Below, in pieces: positions 9,263-17,456 of a stretch of 51,005 nucleotides of DNA. The stretch covers positions 1 through 51,005 of the forward strand of contig CAYWMQ010000005.1 of NCBI GenBank assembly GCA_964459635.1. Reading direction: 5' to 3'. This DNA is from an uncultured Candidatus Saccharibacteria bacterium. Lineage in GTDB: Bacteria > Patescibacteriota > Minisyncoccia > Phycocordibacterales > UBA12088. The notes under the pieces are model-generated. The model was not told where the DNA came from. It saw nothing but the letters and a program-made list of their open reading frames with translations, and ran no database searches. How positions within the stretch are numbered: the stretch's first letter is position 1; each line of letters starts with the position of its first letter. The position numbers and the translations under genes were made by a program.

Positions 9263-9313
9263 CAAGGCAAAAGTCAAAAGGTAAAATGCAAAACTACAAG
9301 GCAAAAGTCAAAA
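9263..9313. repeat. exact 17-nt direct repeat CAAGGCAAAAGTCAAAA x2
   Basis: Copies at 9263-9279 and 9297-9313 in the AT-rich pgi-ROK spacer. Confidence 0.85.
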
Positions 9314-9410
9314 TTGCGAAAACCGGCTTACAGTAACATACGCCAACATGTAGCTTTGATCTTAGTTGCTTTGTTGAACTCTTCACTAATAATTATCTGT
9401 TACACTCACT

Positions 9411-10274
9411 ATGTTTGCCTATTTTGACATTGGCGGTACCAAGACACGCGTTGCGGTATCGCGTGACGGTATCACTTTTGACGAACCGGCGAAGTTCGAC
9501 ACGCCTGCGGAGTTTGGTGTGGGGGTTGACGCAATTGTGCATGCGATACATGACAAAGCGGGGGGAGAGCCCCTCCATGTAGCGGCCGGCGGGGTGCCCG
9601 GTCCGCTCAATGAGAACCATAGTACCCTTGTGAATGCACCCAACCTGCCCGGCTGGGTGGGAAAGCCGATACAAGACGAGCTCAGTGTTCGGCTCGGCGC
9701 ACCGGTCGTCCTTGAAAATGACAGTGCTGTAGTGGGGCTGGGCGAGGCCCGCTACGGCGCGGGGCGGGGGTACGCTATAGTGGCGTATCTCACGGTTTCA
9801 ACGGGGGTAGGTGGTGCGCGTATCGTAGACGGTCATATCGACCGAAGTGCGCATGGTTTTGAGCCGGGGCACCAGATCATGGATGCTGACCGGACCGTAT
9901 TTCCAGCCCTCGCCGCCGATGAAGCGGAAGAAATAGTCTCAGGCACCGCCACGGCGCGCAGGTTTAACAAAAAAGCATATGAGGTCAAAGATCCTGCCGC
10001 GTGGGAGGAGTTGGCCCGGCTACTCGCGTACATGGTGAATGATGTGGCTGTATTTTGGTCGCCACACGTGGTGGTGCTGGGAGGGTCGATGATCGTAGGT
10101 GACCCGGCAATTCCGCTTGATCGCACCGAGGAGTATTTTAAGGAAGTGTGCACCATCTTTAAGGAGCTGCCGGTGCTTAGGAGGGCCGAGCTGCGGGATG
10201 TGGGCGGTTTATACGGGGCCATGGCCCTGGCAAACGACCACCTCGTTTCGGCTGGTGAACCACCGAAAAAATAG
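9411..10274 (+). CDS. ROK family sugar kinase (glucokinase-like)
   Basis: MFAYFDIGGTKTRVAV phosphate-1 motif, ENDSAVVGLGE, and ASKHA fold length. Confidence 0.75.
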   Translation: MFAYFDIGGTKTRVAVSRDGITFDEPAKFDTPAEFGVGVDAIVHAIHDKAGGEPLHVAAGGVPGPLNENHSTLVNAPNLPGWVGKPIQDELSVRLGAPVVLENDSAVVGLGEARYGAGRGYAIVAYLTVSTGVGGARIVDGHIDRSAHGFEPGHQIMDADRTVFPALAADEAEEIVSGTATARRFNKKAYEVKDPAAWEELARLLAYMVNDVAVFWSPHVVVLGGSMIVGDPAIPLDRTEEYFKEVCTIFKELPVLRRAELRDVGGLYGAMALANDHLVSAGEPPKK

Positions 10275-10456
10275 CCCAATCTATAGTTATTTCGACATAA
10301 GCCGCCATTCTACGGCTTAACTGCGTCAATGAGCATATAAGAACACAAAAAGTACTTGCGCGTCAAGTCTTTCTGTGCTATACTTCCACGCGTGTCCTGC
10401 AGAAATGCAGGCTTTTATTTGTTAAGAAACGGCTTATTTTAGGCACATTAATCAGC

Positions 10457-10900
10457 TTGACCGTCACGGTGGCCGCGTCAGTGGTCACTATGCCCCATGT
10501 GGCCATACAGAGTGATGCGGCGACCACAAACGTGGTACTTGCCCAGGAACTCGAAGGCACAGAGAGGGTAGGGAAAGCGAAACCGAAGACGCCCACCCAC
10601 AAGGAGGAAGTCGAGGCCAAGGTCAAAGAGTATTGGTCCGATGTGCCTCTCATGGTGCGTGTGGCTCGTTGCGAGTCGGAGTTTCGGCAGCTGAACAGCG
10701 ACGGAACGGTGATGCGCGGGCACATGAACAGGGCGGATGTAGGAGTGATGCAGATAAATGAGCACTACCACAAGGTGACCGCTGCCAAGCTTGGCTTGGA
10801 CCTTCACACGCTCGAAGGTAACCTGGAGTATGCCCGGTATCTCTTTGAGCGGGAAGGCACAAGGCCTTGGAAGGCTAGCCGTCCGTGCTGGGCACGGTAA
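10457..10900 (+). CDS. lytic transglycosylase / lysozyme-like (SLT-type) domain protein
   Basis: CESEFRQ ... GVMQINEHYH catalytic-Glu signature. The true start may lie upstream (see findings). Confidence 0.65.
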   Translation: MTVTVAASVVTMPHVAIQSDAATTNVVLAQELEGTERVGKAKPKTPTHKEEVEAKVKEYWSDVPLMVRVARCESEFRQLNSDGTVMRGHMNRADVGVMQINEHYHKVTAAKLGLDLHTLEGNLEYARYLFEREGTRPWKASRPCWAR

Positions 10901-10929
10901 GCGCACCGCGCTTGCACATGTACCTCATA

Positions 10930-10955
10930 CACAACCCCGCGTACGCGGGGTTGTG
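10930..10955 (+). terminator. GC hairpin after the SLT-like gene
   Basis: CACAACCCCGCG-TA-CGCGGGGTTGTG is a perfect palindrome. There is no clear U tract. Confidence 0.4.
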
Positions 10956-11028
10956 CTTCATCAAGCCCCGTGCTCTTGCGGCCCATAGTTCCAAGCGCAA
11001 GGTCTGGATGCTTTTCCACAACTAAGAA

Positions 11029-11058
11029 TTGACAGTAATACATCCATCGTGCTATAAT
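11029..11058 (+). promoter_or_regulatory. consensus sigma70 promoter (TTGACA-18 nt-TATAAT), 7 nt before the ATG
   Basis: TTGACA at 11029-11034, TATAAT at 11053-11058, ATG at 11066. Confidence 0.65.
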
Positions 11059-11065
11059 AATAGGT

Positions 11066-11263
11066 ATGAATATAAACTGGAAACTCTTGTTTAAGATAGT
11101 TACTGGCATCTTCGTGGTGCCCGTTACCATTGCCGCAAATGCGCTATGGCCGTGGTGGCAAAATGCCTCGATGCCTGCGAGGATCCTTTCGGCCCCTTTC
11201 GTGCTACCGATCGTGGGAATAGCGATCGTCACTGCTTTTTGGTGGGAAGGATTGAAGAGTTAG
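11066..11263 (+). CDS. 65-aa Trp-rich two-TM membrane miniprotein, hypothetical
   Basis: ORF with two hydrophobic helices (IVTGIFVVPVTIAANALW and FVLPIVGIAIVTAFWW) and its own consensus promoter. Confidence 0.55.
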   Translation: MNINWKLLFKIVTGIFVVPVTIAANALWPWWQNASMPARILSAPFVLPIVGIAIVTAFWWEGLKS

Positions 11264-11838
11264 TGTAGCTATCACACATAAGGCACGTCCGCTGGAATCG
11301 CCTCGGAGAAGGGGGCACCGGGCGGGCATATCTATACGCCGCACATGGTGGCCCCTTGATACGCAAGGACTCTCTCGGTAGGGGCTCGATGGCCTGCGGC
11401 TCAGGCCATCCTTGGTAAACTAGGCCCTTCCCAATATGCGTTCAGTGCGGCACCGCCAAGGTCCGGCGGCTACGGTTGTTTGGTGCAGGGAAGGCAACAT
11501 TAACTTAAGCACGTCAAGCATTGCTCGCTGTGGATAAGTCTGTGCCCCGCTATACTAACATGTCGCACAATATATCTTTTACGACATAAGAATACACGCA
11601 AAGGCTATGTATTTCCACGTGCCGGCCACCATGCTGCCGGTCGCTCGCATCGGCAGACGTGCTCATGAGCCTTACTCAGTGCTTAGGTGTGCTTGTGTAT
11701 CGCTTAGGACACCTGTCTGCTTGCTTAGAGCTCCTCTCCGGCCGTGCTGCGGCTTGTACACAGCATCTGCCACTACAACACGCCCGTGTGCGTATGCGCA
11801 CGGGCGTGTGTGAGCCGTCTATGAGCTTGTGTACGATA

Positions 11839-12084
11839 CTATGCGTGGCGAGGCTCCATGCGCGTGCGCTCCTCACGGGTCGTGTAGTGGGTGCCTCCTG
11901 CCCAGTTGTAGGAGAAGAGCTGCCAAAGCGCCGAGAGACCCACAAGGCCGTATATGATGGCCGGGAGCACGGTGCCAACGCCAAAGATGAGCTCCACAAT
12001 GTTCACCCCGAATAGCCCCACGAAGCCCCAGTTGAGACCGCCTATCGCAAGCAGGACAAACGTGATAATGTCGACTGTTTTCAT
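11839..12084 (-). CDS. DUF378 family small membrane protein
   Basis: LAIGGLNWGFVGLFGVNIVE...IIYGLVGLSALWQL matches my recollection of the DUF378 pattern. Confidence 0.65.
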   Translation of the reverse strand: MKTVDIITFVLLAIGGLNWGFVGLFGVNIVELIFGVGTVLPAIIYGLVGLSALWQLFSYNWAGGTHYTTREERTRMEPRHA

Positions 12085-12321
12085 AGCGTTTAGCTGCAGC
12101 GCGTGCAGCGATTAGGTTGTAATACTGAATTAACTATACAGAAGAGGTCATAAAGCCACGGTGAAGAATATGCTGTTGCGAACACTGATAATGTCGCACA
12201 ATATGTTTTCGTTTGTCTGTCCGCACTCGATAGACATATCCGCCGCATTCGTTGTGCTGAATGCGGCGGATTGCATGTTGTACGCGGTAGTGTATCAGAC
12301 GTGCTTGTGAGTCGAAAGTCC

Positions 12322-12600
12322 TCAAGCGGCGCGTAGGATATTATCTTTCTGTTTAGATGCCTGCGTGTCGCTGGCTGTTACCATGCTGAAGGTGCCCTGC
12401 TCTGTTTGTGTGGCGCTAGATCTGCGTCTGCTGCTGTGAGCCGGTGAACCGGCGAAACGCAACAGGACGTACGAGAGTAACAACAAGAGTCCATATAGTG
12501 CTGTGGATGCTGCAAAGATACAGAACACATAGAGAATGGTACTCATTGCGAGTGTCCCCTGTTGCTGGCCTGGACGCATCATAACATGCAGAAGTGTCAT
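12322..12600 (-). CDS. hypothetical small membrane protein
   Basis: Single strong TM segment ILYVFCIFAASTALYGLLLLLSYVLL. An alternative start is at 12546. Confidence 0.4.
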   Translation of the reverse strand: MTLLHVMMRPGQQQGTLAMSTILYVFCIFAASTALYGLLLLLSYVLLRFAGSPAHSSRRRSSATQTEQGTFSMVTASDTQASKQKDNILRAA

Positions 12601-12674
12601 CCGTAATCTCTCCAGAGCTAAGTGTGAAGTAGCCGCATAACGTCACTCTGTAGCTAATCTGCAAACACACAGGC

Positions 12675-12956
12675 TCAGGAGCTGCGAACAGTAGGTGCGT
12701 AACGTACTGCGCAGTACGTACCAATCCATGAGCCGCAGGCAATAGGCAGGATGTAAAGAATATTTTCTGTGTAAGAAAGGACACCAAGCGCGATGAGTAT
12801 GTGCATTATTGCACCCGTGGTTGCTGCGCGTGTCGGCCGTGCTTCTACAACCTGTACGGTATAGAGAGCATAAAGAGCATCAACAACAGCATATGCCGCC
12901 AGCACCACAGCTGCAATGTGCCAGTCAAACGTCTGCAGTAATGTGAAAACATCCAT
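12675..12956 (-). CDS. hypothetical three-TM membrane protein
   Basis: 93-aa ORF with three hydrophobic helices. GATAAT (12965-12970) lies 8 nt upstream of the ATG. Confidence 0.45.
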   Translation of the reverse strand: MDVFTLLQTFDWHIAAVVLAAYAVVDALYALYTVQVVEARPTRAATTGAIMHILIALGVLSYTENILYILPIACGSWIGTYCAVRYAPTVRSS

Positions 12957-12965
12957 CGTGATGTA

Positions 12966-13205
12966 TTATCCCTGCAAATGTCGGGTAAAATGTTTTTTGA
13001 GGGTCTCGTCGAGCGCTTTTTGGAAGCGCATCGCGTGTTGGGGTGTAAGCACCACCTCATGTGTGAGGACACCGCGCGCTTCATCGTGTCGCATGTACAC
13101 AAACTCAAGCGCGACTTCCTCATCAGTGACATGCACTTTGACGCTGTTTGCAAACGTCGGTTTATAGTCTGTCGGAACCTGTATGGTGATTTGTTTTTCT
13201 TCCAT
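12966..13205 (-). CDS. DUF3467-like small protein
   Basis: 79 aa. FANSVKVHVTDEEVALEFVY ... LTPQHAMRFQKALDETLKKH resembles DUF3467. This is from recollection, not a search. Confidence 0.45.
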   Translation of the reverse strand: MEEKQITIQVPTDYKPTFANSVKVHVTDEEVALEFVYMRHDEARGVLTHEVVLTPQHAMRFQKALDETLKKHFTRHLQG

Positions 13206-13219
13206 ATGTATATGCTCGT

Positions 13220-14566
13220 CTAGAGATACTGAAGCGGGTTAAGGTACGCCTCAAAGCCTGCGACCGGAATAGCTACCGGCGAGCATCCCGTAATGGGGCG
13301 GCCGGGGATGTCGCCGAGCCTCTGAATTTTCACTCCTTCTGAAGCGAAGACGCTGAAGTGAAGGTGCGGCCCTGTCGAGTAGCCGGTGTTGCCTGAGTTG
13401 CCGATGAGTTGGCCCGTTGTGACGGCTTGGCCCGGCGAGACAGCGATAGCGGAAAGGTGCGCGTACAACGTGGAGAGGCCGTTCGCATGGCGTAGAAGTA
13501 CCCACTTGCCGTAGCTATAGCAGCCGGAGACCGCATCAGTGTTGCCTGTGCCTGCCACAGTGCCGGCCAATGCAGCCATGATGCGCGTGCCCACAGGTAC
13601 GCCGAAGTCAACGCCATTGTGACCTTTGCCATTGTATGCGCCCGAGCGGGCAAAAGCAGTGTCGCCAAATGTTTGCGTGATGCAGCTTTGCCCGGCACAA
13701 GGGCCTGCCATAAAGGTTGGCTCAAACGGCCAGCGCAATACGCCAGAACCGGCTGCGGGTATGGTGGCCGGGTTAAGAACAAACTGCAGCTGCGCCTCGT
13801 AGTTGCGCATCTCGGCCTCAAACTGCGCACGTGCAGCGCGCTTCTCCCGCAGCATCTCTTGGTAGGTGGATTCTTTGTTCTTTGTTTTGGAAAGCAACGA
13901 GTCCTTTTGTTCACGTGTTTGCTCAAGAGACGAATGCTGCCCCGAAAGCTCTTGCTTGAGCGTGCCAAGCTCTTCGCGCTTGTCTACGCTCGTGTCTTTG
14001 GCGCGCTCATATGCAGACTTCAGCGCCTTGAGCCCCTCAATGTTCTTTCGAAGAGAATCTCTGAGAGCGGCTTGGTCTTCAAGTGCTGCCCATACCTCGG
14101 CAAGCGAGTCGTGCATGAGGAGCGATGCGAGCAATGGAATATTTTCGAGCTCGTCCACGGTGCGCAGCGATTGAGCTATGGCATTTGCATCGCGTGTGAT
14201 CTCAAGCTCTTTGATTCGGGCCTCTCGAGAAAGTTCCTCTATTTCTAGGTCCGTAGCGGCGATCTTTGCCTCGGTGGCGCGTATCTCGCTCTGCATTTTC
14301 TTACGCGCAATATCAAGCTCGCGCAACGCTTTCTGTAACGTTTGCTTTTCTGCGCCCACCTCGTTGAGCTGCGCTTCAAACTTGCGTATCTCCGCATTGA
14401 TAGCCTCAAGCTGCTTATTGCTATCCGCAATCTTCTGGCGAAGCTCGTCGGCCGTTTGGGCTCGTCCTATGCCCACCTCGAGCACCAAGACACCGACAAA
14501 CGCCGCGCTGAGTATGAGCGCAAGTATGAAGGGGTTCACTATACGCTTGCTGCGCAAGCACTGCAT
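13220..14566 (-). CDS. M23 family metallopeptidase with N-terminal TM anchor and coiled coil (EnvC-like)
   Basis: HNGVDFGVPVGT ... LYAHLS ... GNTGYSTGPHLHFSV zinc-site motifs. A long heptad-rich region precedes them. Confidence 0.85.
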   Translation of the reverse strand: MQCLRSKRIVNPFILALILSAAFVGVLVLEVGIGRAQTADELRQKIADSNKQLEAINAEIRKFEAQLNEVGAEKQTLQKALRELDIARKKMQSEIRATEAKIAATDLEIEELSREARIKELEITRDANAIAQSLRTVDELENIPLLASLLMHDSLAEVWAALEDQAALRDSLRKNIEGLKALKSAYERAKDTSVDKREELGTLKQELSGQHSSLEQTREQKDSLLSKTKNKESTYQEMLREKRAARAQFEAEMRNYEAQLQFVLNPATIPAAGSGVLRWPFEPTFMAGPCAGQSCITQTFGDTAFARSGAYNGKGHNGVDFGVPVGTRIMAALAGTVAGTGNTDAVSGCYSYGKWVLLRHANGLSTLYAHLSAIAVSPGQAVTTGQLIGNSGNTGYSTGPHLHFSVFASEGVKIQRLGDIPGRPITGCSPVAIPVAGFEAYLNPLQYL

Positions 14567-14573
14567 AAGCCTT

Positions 14574-14579
14574 ATTATA
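14574..14579 (-). promoter_or_regulatory. -10 box TATAAT 7 nt upstream of the M23 start
   Basis: The minus strand reads GTGTATAAT-AAGGCTT-ATG. Confidence 0.4.
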
Positions 14580-14743
14580 CACCAAGCACATGCGCAACGT
14601 GCAACGTTGGGATTTTTACAGCCACGAAGATACCCGGCCCTTGACGTGGCGGCGCAAACGCCGCTCCGCTCTGTTGTGGCGAAAGAAATTCACGAACGGG
14701 ACCGGGTACCTCTGTGCGTTTTCCGCAACACAGACTTTCGTGG

Positions 14744-16105
14744 TCAAGCGATCTTTTCCAAAGCGTCACGGATGCGTTCCAGTGTTTCGTCTTTGCCGAG
14801 AGCCAGAGACAGCAGAAATGGGTCCGGACTGCGCTCGCGGCCTGAAAGTGCCACGCGAAGTGGCCAGAGCACGTTACCCTTCCCTTCGCGCTCGGCGAGG
14901 GGCATAAGTGCCGCCTCCAAGCCTGTGCGGTGCCACTCCCCGGCTTCCACGGATCCAAGTGTTGCGTACACCTCTGTGAGGCGTGACGCGGTGTGTGCCG
15001 GGTCCGGGTCCTTCTTCCAGTGCAAAAGTAACGCGTCATACACCGGCTTGTGTTCGTAAAATGCAAATTCGCCCGCTTCCACTGCGCGCACAAGCTCTCC
15101 GTAGGTCGAAAAGCGCTCCAGCGCATCGTCCATGGCCTCCGGCGTGTGCGCGAATTGCTCCGCGAGCCGCGGATGCTTTTCGAGTCGCTTCACCACATCC
15201 TTGAGTATGGTTTCGCGCGGGAGACGCTTGCGGTGCTCACGGTTGAACCAGTTCAGCTTTTCCACGTCAAACACTGCGCCGCTTTTTTGCACGCCCTCAA
15301 GCGTGAAGCTCTTCACAAGCTCGTCCATACTGAAAAGCTCTTGCTCCGTCCCTGGATTCCAGCCCTGCATTGCAAGATAGTTCACCATGGCCTCGGGAAT
15401 GTACCCCTCATCTCGATACGCAGTCACCGCCACCACTCCTTTGCGCTTCGAAAGTTTGGAACGATCAGGGGCGAGCATCAGTGGAAGGTGCGCATACTCC
15501 GGCAGTCGGAAACCGAGCGCGTGATGCAAAAGTATTTGCCGAGGCGTGTTTGACAGGTGCTCCTCGGCGCGTATGACATGGGTCACACCCTCATCGTGGT
15601 CGTCTATAACGACCGCCAAGTGATACAGAGGGTCGTTCATGCTGCGCGCAATGACAAAATCACCAAGTTCTGTTGTGTCAAACGAGACCTCACCGCGGAT
15701 ATGGTCGGTGAACGTGATGCGGGTACCTGGATTGCGCAGCCGTACCACCTCGACCACCTCGTCGGGGTTGTCTTTTTTCGGTTCGCGGCTCACATACGCC
15801 GCGTCTGTTGCCACAAGCCGTTCAAGGCACTCTCGATGACGTGCTACATGTTCGGACTGTCGATAAAATGCATCTGCGACAACGCCAAGCCACGCAAATC
15901 CTTCCACAATAGGTGTCTCATACTCCGGTTTACTGCGCTCTTTATCGGTATCCTCTATACGCAAAATGAAACGTCCGCCGTGGTGCTTCGCGAACAGGTA
16001 ATTGAAAAGGCCCGTCTTTGCGCCCCCTATATGCAGATACCCCGTCGGGCTTGGAGCCATACGGGTGACGACTGTGTCGCTCTTCTTGTTCTCGGGTGTA
16101 GACAT
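14744..16105 (-). CDS. gltX: glutamyl-tRNA synthetase
   Basis: RMAPSPTGYLHIGGAKT (HIGH motif) and LSKRKG (KMSKS-like motif). Start taken at the internal ATG at 16105. Confidence 0.9.
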   Translation of the reverse strand: MSTPENKKSDTVVTRMAPSPTGYLHIGGAKTGLFNYLFAKHHGGRFILRIEDTDKERSKPEYETPIVEGFAWLGVVADAFYRQSEHVARHRECLERLVATDAAYVSREPKKDNPDEVVEVVRLRNPGTRITFTDHIRGEVSFDTTELGDFVIARSMNDPLYHLAVVIDDHDEGVTHVIRAEEHLSNTPRQILLHHALGFRLPEYAHLPLMLAPDRSKLSKRKGVVAVTAYRDEGYIPEAMVNYLAMQGWNPGTEQELFSMDELVKSFTLEGVQKSGAVFDVEKLNWFNREHRKRLPRETILKDVVKRLEKHPRLAEQFAHTPEAMDDALERFSTYGELVRAVEAGEFAFYEHKPVYDALLLHWKKDPDPAHTASRLTEVYATLGSVEAGEWHRTGLEAALMPLAEREGKGNVLWPLRVALSGRERSPDPFLLSLALGKDETLERIRDALEKIA

Positions 16106-16277
16106 GTGGACGTTTGTTTGTGTTCGGGTATGCGATATCAAGCGCAGGATAATAGGATATCAGGAAATCATGATATTGCGATATGGTATACCAGTCTTCG
16201 TTGTTCACCACTATCCTACTGTCTTGATATCCCACTATCTACGTGCGTCATTGTTGTTACTCGTAACTCGTCTCCCT

Positions 16278-17411
16278 TTATATTTCATGTTCCAGTGCAA
16301 TACGTGCGATCTCGGCCGCTATCACCTTCGCCGCCTCCGGCCTTTTGAACGTTTTCGCGCCCTCACGCATCTTTTTTTGCAGGTCGGAGTCTCCCAGGAC
16401 CCGCTCCACTTCGGATAGTAGCACGTGAGGAGTAAGGTTGTTCTGTTCAATGACATCGGCCGCGCCGGTGCGTGCGTACGCGAAAGCATTGTGGCGCTGG
16501 TCGCGACTCACAAGCTCGGGAATAGGGATGAGTATGGACGGCTTTTCCCAGTTCGCTATCTCAAAAATGGACCCGCTACCGGCGCGTGACACGATGAGTG
16601 CCGCTATGCCCGCAGACATACGCAACGCGAGCGCGTTTAGGTAGGGGAAGGGCTTATACCTGTTCTTATACGGGTGAGATTCGAGCTGTACGTCCGTAAG
16701 AGTCTTAAGCGCCTCATAGTTATTCTTACCGGTCTGGTGTATCACTTGCCATTTGTTGAGCATGTCGGGAAGCGCTTGCAGTACAACATCATTGATAGCC
16801 TGCGCACCTTGCGAGCCCCCAAGTATCAAAATGGTGGGCACGTCGGGAGCAAGTTGAAGAAACTCATGGGCGCCTTGCGTTGCCGCCAGACGCATTTCAC
16901 GCCGTATCGGGTTGCCGACGTAGGCCACACGCTCGGGGTGCGGCATAAGCTCCTTTGTTTCGGGGTAGCTTATCCCAACACGCGCGGCAAACTTAGCAGC
17001 CCAGAGATTTGCGCGTCCGGGTATCGCGTCCGACTCGTGAACGAACACGGGAATGCGGAGCAGCCGCGCCGCAAAGACGGTCGGCACCGATACGTACCCA
17101 CCCTTACTGAACACCACGTCGGGGTAGATCTTAAAGAGTATGCGCAGCGCGGTCGGAAGGCCGATAAGCGTTTTGAAAAAATCACTGGTGTTCTTGATGG
17201 ACGCGTAGGTACGTATCTTTCCCGCTGACACGTGATGGTACTCAATGTCGTGCTCGTACAGCACCTCCTCGTCAAACGGAGCATTTGACAAATAATACAG
17301 CTCGGGCTTTACGAGATTGCGTTCGTCGGCAAGCTCCAAAAGCTCCTGTGCCACCGCTATGAGTGGGTAAAAATGCCCCCCGGTGCCTCCTCCTGTAAGT
17401 ACGACTTTCAT
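16278..17411 (-). CDS. murG: undecaprenyldiphospho-muramoylpentapeptide beta-N-acetylglucosaminyltransferase
   Basis: MKVVLTGGGTGGHFYPLIAV N-terminus and GT28 length. Confidence 0.9.
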   Translation of the reverse strand: MKVVLTGGGTGGHFYPLIAVAQELLELADERNLVKPELYYLSNAPFDEEVLYEHDIEYHHVSAGKIRTYASIKNTSDFFKTLIGLPTALRILFKIYPDVVFSKGGYVSVPTVFAARLLRIPVFVHESDAIPGRANLWAAKFAARVGISYPETKELMPHPERVAYVGNPIRREMRLAATQGAHEFLQLAPDVPTILILGGSQGAQAINDVVLQALPDMLNKWQVIHQTGKNNYEALKTLTDVQLESHPYKNRYKPFPYLNALALRMSAGIAALIVSRAGSGSIFEIANWEKPSILIPIPELVSRDQRHNAFAYARTGAADVIEQNNLTPHVLLSEVERVLGDSDLQKKMREGAKTFKRPEAAKVIAAEIARIALEHEI

Positions 17412-17456
17412 GTTCGTGTTTGAGCTCTGCTATGAGAAGCAGTATACCACGCCTCC

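Noticed and set aside
11458-11475. AAGGTCCGGCGGCTACGG resembles the RNase P RNA CR-I motif (GAAAGUCCGGGCUCCAU). A loose resemblance to ykkC guanidine-riboswitch blocks (CTAGG...GGTCCG...ACGG...GGGA) lies nearby.
   Set aside because: I could not find the partner P4 strand (ACAGAAnCCGGCUUA-like), the GGUAA/AGGGUGAAA specificity-domain motifs, or a plausible P1-P3. For a riboswitch, no downstream gene lies on the same strand. The region is kept only as an unassigned structured-RNA candidate.
14178-16348. ORFs of 263-293 aa on the plus strand (14178..15059, 15557..16348) opposite the M23 peptidase, gltX and murG.
   Set aside because: They are antisense to genes with clear catalytic motifs and have low-complexity Ser/Arg/Cys-rich translations.
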